DNA of 12,511 bases from Calditrichia bacterium (GTDB lineage Bacteria; Calditrichota; Calditrichia; RBG-13-44-9). A model generated the notes under the pieces. It was not told the origin of the DNA and ran no database searches. It saw only the letters and a program-made list of their open reading frames with translations. Positions 1-8,400 of the stretch are shown in pieces (position 1 is the first letter of the stretch; every line of letters starts with the position of its first letter). The DNA is taken from NCBI GenBank assembly GCA_037381445.1, contig JARRQT010000129.1, positions 1 through 12,511 of the forward strand, written 5' to 3'. A program made the position numbers and the translations under genes.

Positions 1-5
1 ACAGG

Positions 6-1322
6 TTAGCGGGGGAGGCTGATTTCAATTTCCACCGGAATGCCTCCGCCGAATGCGGTGGTTTTGCTCACTTCCGGGACCGGCTCGCGCGCCTCCAGAC
101 CGGGGACAAATCCGGCATCGATATTCGACATGCTGGTTTGCAGGCGGTCACGCGTATTCATCTCCACCAGCGGCGTTTCGTAGGTTTGGGTGAATTCATT
201 TTCCACCAGGCGGATATCGGCAAGGCCGTTTTCAAAATATTCGGTTTTCTGCGCATTTTCCCGGGCCTGTTTAAATCCGGGATCGATTTTCAGCGCTTCC
301 TGATAGTAGGAGCGCGCTTCCCGGAAATTACCGCGGTCTTCGGCATCCAATCCCCTGGAGTAAGCCAGAAAGGCCAGCAGAGATTCGGTGGGAATATACA
401 GAATTGCCTCCCTTTCCTCGTCAGATAAAGCAATGCCCATTTCATCAATGACATTAAATACCAGGTTCTTTTCCAGGCGGAATAGCCTTTCCAGTTCACC
501 GGAAGTTTCATTGGCCGTTTGCAGCGCGCCGCTGCGGGTTTCCACCATTCCGGCGTCGATCCTTATATTTTTCTCATCCAGATCGATATAGGTGCCCTTC
601 ACCAGCTTGCCGGCCCCCAGCAGCTTTCCCATCCGGGGAGCGGTGGTTTCATCCACCAGGCCGCTCATTCCCAGACCCATTTCATCCAGAAGTTTCTGCA
701 GTTTTACCCTTTCCACCACGCTGAGTTGTTTAACCTGCGAAAGGTCGGTGATCATCATGTCGGCAAGACCCTTCTGCAGCGGATCCAACCGGGTCGCCCT
801 GCCCAGGTTTTGAAAATAAAGCACCGCAATGGAATTGGGTTGAGCATCGTTCACATCCAGATTACTTTCATTGGCAATCGCCAATGCCACCTCCGACTCC
901 ATCTTTTTGCGGGTGAGCATCTCCAGCCGTGCCTCCATCTGCCCGCGCATTTTGCTGAGCCTACTCACCGATGAATAAAGGCGATAATACTGGATAGCGC
1001 GATCATAGTCATGTAATTCTTCGTGGGAGGCACCCAGATAAAAAATTGTTTTGTCCTCCTTATCATTTAATTTGTAGGATTCCTCCAGGCTTTTGACGGC
1101 TTTTTCATACTCACCGTTTTTAAAATAGGCAATTCCCAGGTCGCGCCAGGTGGCCGGATTCAGACGGTCTTCCTTCAGTTGGCCCAGAAAATATTTAATG
1201 GCTTCCTCCGTCTGGCCCTTCTTCAGCATTGCCTGACCGCGATTCGATTGAACAGCGGCGCAGCCCATCCTGAGAACCATAAAAATGGCAAGCGCCGCAA
1301 AAAGGAAATGGTGTTTCTTCAT
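6..1322 (-). CDS. Exported (probable lipoprotein) TPR-repeat protein with a central CsgG/HfaB/FlgO (TolB-N-like) domain, 438 aa
   Basis: ATG preceded by GAGGAG at 8 nt spacing. N-terminal MKK plus hydrophobic stretch ending in G-C21. TPR-like helices (WRDLGIAYFKNGEYEKAVKSLEES, FYLGASHEELHDYDRAIQYY, and C-terminal YSRGLDAEDRGNFREARSYYQEALKIDP). Central segment IAVLYFQN...GLADMMITDLSQ...VVER..L..LLDE..LG.SGLVDE.TA...GKLLGA...G...RID...VET.SG is typical of CsgG-like/TolB-N folds. Confidence 0.8.
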   Translation of the reverse strand: MKKHHFLFAALAIFMVLRMGCAAVQSNRGQAMLKKGQTEEAIKYFLGQLKEDRLNPATWRDLGIAYFKNGEYEKAVKSLEESYKLNDKEDKTIFYLGASHEELHDYDRAIQYYRLYSSVSRLSKMRGQMEARLEMLTRKKMESEVALAIANESNLDVNDAQPNSIAVLYFQNLGRATRLDPLQKGLADMMITDLSQVKQLSVVERVKLQKLLDEMGLGMSGLVDETTAPRMGKLLGAGKLVKGTYIDLDEKNIRIDAGMVETRSGALQTANETSGELERLFRLEKNLVFNVIDEMGIALSDEEREAILYIPTESLLAFLAYSRGLDAEDRGNFREARSYYQEALKIDPGFKQARENAQKTEYFENGLADIRLVENEFTQTYETPLVEMNTRDRLQTSMSNIDAGFVPGLEAREPVPEVSKTTAFGGGIPVEIEISLPR

Positions 1323-1355
1323 TGTTATATCTCCTCGAATATTGTCACAGAAAAA

Positions 1356-2117
1356 TTAATGCTGCTGATCAGAAATCTTCTGAAGTTCCGCTTCCATTTC
1401 TTTCAGTTTGCTGCGGGCATCACGAAAATTTTTGCTCTGTTCCACTGCTTTTCGGAAAGACTCAGCCGCGCGGACAAAAGACTGGCGGGCCAGCTCAGGA
1501 TTCCCGTCTGCGAGATGTTTTCGGCCCGCATCACCCAACCCGATTCCTTGCGAATAATAGAGGGCAGCTTCAAGATTTTCACTGCCGGTATGCTGTTTCA
1601 GCCGCTCCTTGTCTTCGCTGTTGAGTTTAATGGCAAAATAGCGGCTGATCTTTTGGGCCAGATTTTTAACCATTTTGAAAACATCATCCACCTTCCCGGT
1701 TTCTTCCACCGCGTTAAGCGTGGAGCCGGTTTCGACCTCAACAATACGGACATCGATCCGCATTTTCCCGCCGAACATGTTAACGAATCCTCCCAGCAGC
1801 AGGGTTTCGGCCCCCAGCAACTTGCCAACCTGCTGCGCCGCGGCAGGGTCTACCACGCCCGACTGGCCCAGGCCGATTTCATTGAGCAAACCGGATAATT
1901 TCTGCCGCTCCACCACTTTGAAGGCACTGATCTGGGACATTTCGGTATTCAGCATGTCAGCCAGACCTGTGCTTAAAGGCTGCAACTGCTCCTTATCGGA
2001 AATACTGTTATTATCGAAATCGAGTATCGCTATCGTTCTGGTATCAGCGGCTTGAGAAAAACCATAAAAATAAAAAAGCAGCAATTGGATAAGGATATAC
2101 CTCAGGGATGGTTTCAC
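1356..2117 (-). CDS. Secreted CsgG/HfaB/FlgO-like domain protein with C-terminal TPR-like helices, 253 aa (start moved from TTG 2132 to GTG 2117)
   Basis: Strong SD GAGGAGG (2130-2124) lies 6 nt before GTG 2117, inside the ORF-track extension. Signal peptide ends in S-Q-A. Motif IAILDFDN...GLADML.TE.SQ...VVER...LL.E..LGQSGVVD...A..VGKLLGA...G...RID.RIVEVETG. Clearly paralogous to the gene at 6..1322. Confidence 0.8.
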   Translation of the reverse strand: MKPSLRYILIQLLLFYFYGFSQAADTRTIAILDFDNNSISDKEQLQPLSTGLADMLNTEMSQISAFKVVERQKLSGLLNEIGLGQSGVVDPAAAQQVGKLLGAETLLLGGFVNMFGGKMRIDVRIVEVETGSTLNAVEETGKVDDVFKMVKNLAQKISRYFAIKLNSEDKERLKQHTGSENLEAALYYSQGIGLGDAGRKHLADGNPELARQSFVRAAESFRKAVEQSKNFRDARSKLKEMEAELQKISDQQH

Positions 2118-2143
2118 ATGAATCCTCCTCAAAATGAATGAAT

Positions 2144-2276
2144 AGCATTTATTTTTTAGATCAGGGAAATCGCCGGGACCGACGGTTAACTGTTTTGAAA
2201 CTGGGGTAATTAATCAACAAAAAACGACAGAAAAACGAAGGCTTAAACAGAAATGAGCATATATTTTCTAGATCAG
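2144..2276. repeat. 21-bp imperfect direct repeat, two copies (2144-2164 and 2256-2276)
   Basis: AGCATTTATTTTTTAGATCAG versus AGCATATATTTTCTAGATCAG: 19 of 21 identical, starts 112 bp apart, in the intergenic region upstream of the CsgG-like pair. Confidence 0.65.
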
Positions 2277-2305
2277 CACTGCGGGCAATATAGGTGTAAT
2301 TTCTC

Positions 2306-2325
2306 AAAATATGAAAGCATATTTT
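2306..2325. promoter_or_regulatory. Palindromic candidate operator AAAATATG-N4-CATATTTT
   Basis: Perfect 8-bp inverted repeat with a 4-nt spacer in the intergenic region. It is AT-rich, so chance cannot be excluded. Confidence 0.35.
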
Positions 2326-2409
2326 TAAATTTTTTGATACCGCTTTTGCGGCGATTTGTCCTCTGAGGAGATATCCCAAGTTTTCAATATTTGTAAGCCT
2401 GCCGGAAGG

Positions 2410-2463
2410 AAAAAAACAATTCAGCCGGGTTTGCAGGTCGACAGCAATCCGCCGGGTCAATTG
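2410..2463 (-). terminator. Possible intrinsic terminator downstream of the lipoprotein gene
   Basis: Imperfect inverted repeat 2417-2463 (arms CAATT..CCGG..TTGC / GCAA..CCGG..AATTG) followed directly on the minus strand by T7 (A7 at 2410-2416 on plus). The stem has several mismatches. Confidence 0.3.
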
Positions 2464-2590
2464 TCATGACTCAAAATGATGAAAGAAATGAAGTTGTTAT
2501 CCGGGGAAAAATCAGATCATTTCAGGGGAAGGTATAAACAGAGCCGAAATGTTCAAAGTGAGTCGGCGGCGCGGGTTCAAATCCACGTTT

Positions 2591-3247
2591 CTAATCCACC
2601 ACCGTTTCTACTTTCAGTGATTCCAGCAAATCAAAATCAATTTTATTCAATGCTTTCTTGATAAGGCTCATCTCCACGCCGTATCCTTCCACCTCAATAA
2701 GGAAACGGTTGGTAACAATCAACTGGATTCTTCCGCTCTTGTTTTCATTATTGTATTCTTCAAATGCCTTATAGCCTGCGTAGGTCAAGGTCCTTTCATA
2801 TCCCTGATCCTTTTGCCTTTCAAAATCGACCATGGTCCAGGTGAGGGCGGTGAAAGTGGTTAAGCCCTTCAGCTTGCCCATGTCAATGAGCTTCATCTTG
2901 AGCAGAGAGCCATGGCTGTTTTCATAACTGGCCTGTGCCTTGGTAACATTAATTCTGAAAATGGAAGATTGCTCGGCGCTGATCTCCTTTTGGTGAAATT
3001 CCCCCACGCTATGGGGCAGCAGGCTTTTCAACTCCTGATAATTTGCAGTTCCGGGATTATTGTTCTGGTCAAGGCTGTCTGCGGATTTTTGTTTCTCATG
3101 CTTTATCAAATCAGGTTCGTTAAAACTCGCAGCTAACTCCTCACCCATGCTTTTCACTTTTTCTTTGCTCTCCTTGTCATCCAGATCCGCGCAGCCGATG
3201 GTCCCGAAAATAATCACAATCAGAGAATAGTAAAAAATTTTCGTCAT
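2591..3247 (-). CDS. Hypothetical lipoprotein, 218 aa
   Basis: SD AGGAG before the ATG. Hydrophobic signal with lipobox-like T-I-G-C19, then a charged linker and a globular alpha/beta domain (ELKSLLP...IDMG...W...DFER..D.GYERT...GYKAFEEYN....SG.I..IV.NRF.IEVEG). No function recognised. Confidence 0.8.
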   Translation of the reverse strand: MTKIFYYSLIVIIFGTIGCADLDDKESKEKVKSMGEELAASFNEPDLIKHEKQKSADSLDQNNNPGTANYQELKSLLPHSVGEFHQKEISAEQSSIFRINVTKAQASYENSHGSLLKMKLIDMGKLKGLTTFTALTWTMVDFERQKDQGYERTLTYAGYKAFEEYNNENKSGRIQLIVTNRFLIEVEGYGVEMSLIKKALNKIDFDLLESLKVETVVD

Positions 3248-3607
3248 TTTATCTCCTGCCCTAAGATAAATTATTCCATTTCTTCCACATCATTCAACCA
3301 CAGGCTTATACATCTGAAATGGGAACAAATACGATCACCCAAATTTGTTACAAAGCTAATATTCAACACGTTCGCTATGGCATAGGGTTCTCTTATACTT
3401 AACAGTTGTCATGGATTTCGCGCGTCTGAGCAAATAAAACTGCTTTCACAAGAATTTGACTATGAGATTAAATGTTACCTTATTTAAAAGGTTCCTATAG
3501 GCAGGCCCGCTGAGACTGAATAATAGGTATGAAACACCGGAAAATATTCCGCCTTTTCAGCTATATCTTGATTGTTGATGCAAAAAATTTTCCGAATATT
3601 TTTGATA

Positions 3608-5455
3608 TCAGAAAGCAAATGAAATGCTGATATGGAATTCGCCGGGGGCTTCGTTTCTCCGGGGCTGAAGCTTAACGCCATAGTCGAAACGGACGGGACC
3701 CAGCGGCGTCATCAAGGCCGCCCCTGCTCCGGTGGAAGTCTTTATATCGGTGATTTTGAAATCAGAGTTTTCCAGCCACACATTTCCAGCATCCACAAAT
3801 ACTTCTCCCCAGAACAGCCAGAATATAGGAATCCTCAATTCCAGATTTCCCAGCAGCATCAGTTTCCCGCCGATGGCAATCGGTCTGCCGTTTTCATCAT
3901 AGCTTACCGGGCCCAAAAGCTGTTCGGGATATCCCCGCACAGTTGACGCACCGCCCAGATAGAACCGTTCCAGGACCGGTATTTGCGCTCTTTTGCCCAA
4001 TTCGATGATATCTCCGGCCCGTACCCGCGAAGCCAGTACCCAATTGCGCTTGAGAACGAAGGCCTGATAGCGGTTCCATTGGCCGGTCAGTTTGAAAAAC
4101 CGGTTGACTGAAGCGGAACCGGTGAGCTTGTCCCGGCTCCTGGAGTAGGCGAATTTGATGGTGGTTTCAAGGACCGAGCCTTCCTGCGGATTCAGATAAT
4201 TGTCCCGTTTGTCCCGCAGGAAATCTGTGGACAGAGAATAGATGAAATCCTGGCCTTTGGTCAGCGTGAAGAAGGATTCAGCCAGGGTGTCCTGTTCAAG
4301 AACTTTAACATTATTGAATGCGATAGTGCCGGAAGCCTGCCAGGCATTATTATATTCATGATGGATCTGGAAAGAAGAGGAGAAATAGTTATAGTCGGCG
4401 GAATTCATCGGCCGGACCTGGTAAAAGGACGCCCGAAATATTCCCGGCGTTCGGGTATAGCCAATCCAGGGTTCAATAAAGGTGAACGTATACTGGTTCT
4501 TGGGATTAATAATCTTATGGCTTTGGAAATCATAGGAGAGGGAAGGTATCACTTCCACCGAGGCCGTGCGGGCGGTTCCGAAGAGATTGCGGTGCCCGAA
4601 TCCAAAGGAAAAGTCGAAGGTGCCGCCATAAAGGATCTCCTGCTCATAGGCTACGCCGAAACGCACGCCTACCCATCTGGATTTCTTCTCCACAAGCTTT
4701 ACGAGAAGCCTGGCCTGGGACCGGGTCGAATCCATGGCCTGCAACTGCATTCCCACAAAATCGAAGAGGCCGGTGCTGTAGATATTCCCCTGGGATTTGT
4801 CAATTTTGTTTCTTGAATAGATATCACCTTTGCCGATCGCCAGCTCCCGCCGGACAATAAAACTCTTCACCCGGGCCAGTCCCTGATAATCAATATCCCT
4901 GATGAAAACCGTTTCATTTTCCTGAACATCAAGCTTGACAAAGATGGAGGAGTCCTGCTCGGTTTGCACGCGATTGAGCGTGACATAGGGCTTGCCGTGA
5001 TTATAATAATACTTTTCCAGTTTATTCAGACCGTTGTCAATTTCGGACTGAAGAAATACATCCCCCTTTTTAATGGAGAAGGCATTCCTGATCTGATTTT
5101 TATTGAGGATGCCGCCGCCGGAAACCTCTATTCCCCCCAAAACAAAACGGATTCCTTCCTTAATGTTGAAGATAATATTTATCTTATTCCCCCTCCTCTC
5201 GATGTCGGAATTAATCCAGACATTGAGAAAACCGCGGTTTTGGTAATAATTGGTGAGGATGGTGACATCCAGCCGCAGGTATTTATTATTGAAGGGCTTT
5301 TTTTCTTCCGACTTGATTAAGGCTCTTAACTCGGAATTGGAGAAATGCTCATTGCCGGTAAACCTGATCACATCCACTTTCAGACCCTGGGCATAGACAT
5401 TGCCCAGAAACATTAAAATAGTCACAAAAATGTAGAAGTATTTTTTAAAAATCAT
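3608..5455 (-). CDS. Omp85-family outer-membrane protein (TamA/BamA-like; three POTRA domains plus beta-barrel), 615 aa (start moved to ATG 5455)
   Basis: Signal peptide MIFKKYF...VYA. Three POTRA-like repeats (IRFTGNEHFS..L; IEVSG...YYNHG; IDYQGL...STGLF). Barrel motifs GHRNLFGT, RFYLGGASTVRGY, GNLELRIP, FVDAGNVW, TPLGPVRFDYG and C-terminal FHISISFAF. The start overlaps the tamB 3' end by 11 nt. Confidence 0.9.
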   Translation of the reverse strand: MIFKKYFYIFVTILMFLGNVYAQGLKVDVIRFTGNEHFSNSELRALIKSEEKKPFNNKYLRLDVTILTNYYQNRGFLNVWINSDIERRGNKINIIFNIKEGIRFVLGGIEVSGGGILNKNQIRNAFSIKKGDVFLQSEIDNGLNKLEKYYYNHGKPYVTLNRVQTEQDSSIFVKLDVQENETVFIRDIDYQGLARVKSFIVRRELAIGKGDIYSRNKIDKSQGNIYSTGLFDFVGMQLQAMDSTRSQARLLVKLVEKKSRWVGVRFGVAYEQEILYGGTFDFSFGFGHRNLFGTARTASVEVIPSLSYDFQSHKIINPKNQYTFTFIEPWIGYTRTPGIFRASFYQVRPMNSADYNYFSSSFQIHHEYNNAWQASGTIAFNNVKVLEQDTLAESFFTLTKGQDFIYSLSTDFLRDKRDNYLNPQEGSVLETTIKFAYSRSRDKLTGSASVNRFFKLTGQWNRYQAFVLKRNWVLASRVRAGDIIELGKRAQIPVLERFYLGGASTVRGYPEQLLGPVSYDENGRPIAIGGKLMLLGNLELRIPIFWLFWGEVFVDAGNVWLENSDFKITDIKTSTGAGAALMTPLGPVRFDYGVKLQPRRNEAPGEFHISISFAF

Positions 5456-8400
5456 AGCGCCAGTTAATGTCAAATTTAACCTTATCGTACTGCCGTTTTT
5501 CGTAAAAAGTGGAAATCGACCAATTCCGGTTTATTCTGTATTCCATATATAGCTGGTTTCCGGCCTCCCAGGAAAGGCGCGGTGCCGGGATATTCCCGAG
5601 ACCGGGCAAACCGGCCGAGGCCAGTTGGGTTTTATATTCAAGATAGAGATGAGGCGTCAGATATTTTCCCAGCGAAAGGCTGGTTTCTCCCAGGTCCTGA
5701 TTCAGCCGCCGGTTTCTGAAATCCAGCAGATTATCCTGGCTCTCCAGGCGCACTTCATCCAGCCCGATAAAGCGGCGGGCTTCCCTCTCAATTTGCGAAA
5801 TCAGCGCCTGATTGATCACTTCCTGCCCCTTATCCAGCACCGAACTGCCCCCCAGTTCATTAAAGGTGACGCCGAACAGCAATAGAGCAATCTGATCTTT
5901 GGTTTCGGGATAAAGATTGGTGACATCCTCTCCGCTGTTAGAATCAAAAATATGGATCTCTTTCACCGGATTGCTCAGCGAACCGAAGACATGCAATTGA
6001 AAAATATAGCCGTATTTTTTCTTCTGAGCATAGATATCCAGCTGCGGCAGCTCTTTCGGATTGACAAATTCCACCCTTCCATTCTGGATATTGAATTCCT
6101 CAAATTGAAAATACTTTCCCTTGGGAACGTCCAGATTCCCATACATCTCCAGTAATCCCCGCGGTTCCTGACTCACCCGCAGGTCCCCGTTAAGCTGCAT
6201 TTCGAAGGAGTTGAAGGCGGCCTCACTTCTGACATAAAAATTTGCCGGTATTGACACATTGAGCATATACTGCATATATGGCGGGGTTTCCCGCAGCGAA
6301 GGATAAAGCAGGAGATTTTTCTCGGACTCTTTCAAATTTAAATCCACTGCCGCCTTGTGAATTGTGACATCGCCCTTCACCAGAAGGGTGTCCCGTCCGG
6401 TGACTGACATGTTTTTGGTTGAGAAAAGAATTTTGGTATTTTCCAGAAAGTAATTCACATATGCACGATTGGCTTTCACTGACAGATTCAATTTCGGCCG
6501 ATCGATAGCGGAGAGGTCCACATCGCCTGAAAATGAAACGTCCCCTTCATTGCGGGTTTTGAACAGCAGCCTCCGGATAGGACTGAATATGAAACGGGTA
6601 AATCTTTTGAAAAAATTCTGGTCCTCAACTTCGCCTTTCAGTTTTGCCCGGCCTTTGGTGATCTTTAACCTGGAATCTTTCAAAACCGAAGCGAATTCAA
6701 TATTCGAAACGGGATTTTCTATTTTGGAGAGATAAAGAGTACCGTCGGAAATATCGATATTCCCGTCCAGAATCTGGGGATTACCAACCACGCCTCCCAG
6801 ACGGGCATTCACATCGATTTTCCCGGTAAGCATATCGACTTCGGGCGTAAATATATTTAAAAATTTCACCGTGTCATCCTGGACAGTCACCAGCAGGGAG
6901 AATCTTTCATCCGAAAAAATTTCTTCGGGATGGTTAATATCCCAGGCAATATTTTTAAAGCCATTGGCGGAAATATCGGTATCCATAAAATTAATTCGGG
7001 CATAATCCAGAATTATCTTTTGAGAAGAAAGACGGCCATCCAGTTGAAATTTCGGGAAATCATACTCGCGAAAGCGCACATTCTCGCCTTTTATAAGGTA
7101 ATTCCCCGAAGGATTGGGAAGCGACCCTTCCAGCCGCAGATTCCCGGAGAAATTTCCTTCCACCGGAAAATTGAATGTCTTAAAAAAGGGATAATCCGAA
7201 ATCTGAATATTATTAAAATCAGCCGCACAGTTTATTTTGTTATCATCCGTAAAAAGATATGCGCCCTGGCCGTTTTTTTGAGAGGGAAAAATGATATTTC
7301 CCTTCAATGAAAAACTGGAGTTTTCACGATGCTGAAAATTAAGATTCTCAATATTCAGTTTCCGGTTATCATAGGTGAAATCCGCTTTCAGATTGCCCAG
7401 CGTATCCGCATCCAGGGCCAGGTCCTGCATATCAAGCGACGATTCGACCTGCAGGCTATCCATTCGCCCGCTGATCCCAACCGAGATCTCCGAGAGCCCG
7501 GAAAGCTGATATTTCCATTTCAGGAACTGGTTGAAAGGAAGCAGTCGGATATTTTTGAAATAAACCGCCAGTCCGGTATTGCCCGAAAAATTCAGGAGCC
7601 CCCGGACTTCAATTTCTCCGTTGCCCCTGGCACTCAGTGTAAAATTTTCGATCTGCAGAGAATCGTTCCGGTAGAATGCTTCCAGGGTGTCGGAAGCTGA
7701 TATCAAATAATTCTCATATAAAAATTCAAAGGAATTGAATCTGATATCAGTGTATTTCTCCGACTGTGTAACCTGCCCGGTCAGCGCCACATAATTGTCG
7801 TTATTGTAGAAACTGACAGAATCAATATCCACAATGTTCTGCCGCAGGTTCAGAATCACTGTCCCGTCCGTCAGCAGAATGTCGGAGATGAGCCCCGAGG
7901 ACAGATCGAGGGTAAAATAGCCCGTTCTTTCCTTCAGCATACCGGAAACATTGAAGCGCCCCTCCACCCCATAAACCGTTGCCGGGGTGTAAGTCAGCGA
8001 ATCCAGCAGCATATAACCCGCGATATTGGGATTATTCAGGCTGCCGGTAATTTTAACCTGAAGGCTGCCTGCGCCTCCCAGGTCACCTAAATTGAGCCGG
8101 GCGGAAAGGGTATCGAGAATATTGTTTTGGGTATTCAGCTCCAGATTCAATTCCCGGCTTCTACTCATGGAGCCGGAAACAAAGAATTGGGACGCTTTCT
8201 GAACAACAACCCGCGAGCCTCGCTTCAGCTCCCAGTTCCCTTCATTGGCAGCCAGATTAAAAAACAGGCTGTCCATCCTGATCTTATCGTAAACAAGGCC
8301 GGTTAACACCGCATCGCCGCTGCCGCTGAGTCTTTTGAGATTCCAGGTATTGAAATTCAGATTCAAACGGCCGTTTAGTTCCGTAGCAACGGATGAAAAA

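Noticed and set aside
1179..1898. 239-aa plus-strand ORF and the other plus-strand ORFs in the track
   Set aside because: They are antisense shadows of well-supported minus-strand genes, with no recognisable motifs or ribosome-binding sites.
2144..2325. Direct repeats read as a mini CRISPR array
   Set aside because: Only two good copies, a 91-bp spacer, no internal palindrome and no cas genes.
2335..2370. GGACAAATCGCCGCAAAAGCGG on the minus strand, reminiscent of a c-di-GMP riboswitch
   Set aside because: Only a 4-bp hairpin. The GNRA tetraloop/receptor and second stem of the c-di-GMP-I motif are not present.
2161..2460. 99-aa minus-strand ORF in the intergenic region
   Set aside because: TTG start without an SD, atypical composition, and it overlaps the repeat and palindrome elements.
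2570..2589. GCGGGTTCAAATCC resembles a tRNA T-arm
   Set aside because: The T-stem does not pair beyond two bases, and no D-arm, anticodon arm or acceptor stem can be built around it.
3538..3610. AT-rich inverted repeats after the Omp85 stop (3576-3610 and 3538-3551)
   Set aside because: Weak, bulged, mostly A-T stems without a following U-tract. Not convincing as a terminator.
3484..3681. 65-aa minus-strand ORF overlapping the Omp85 3' end
   Set aside because: An out-of-frame overlap with a conserved gene, with no SD or recognisable features.
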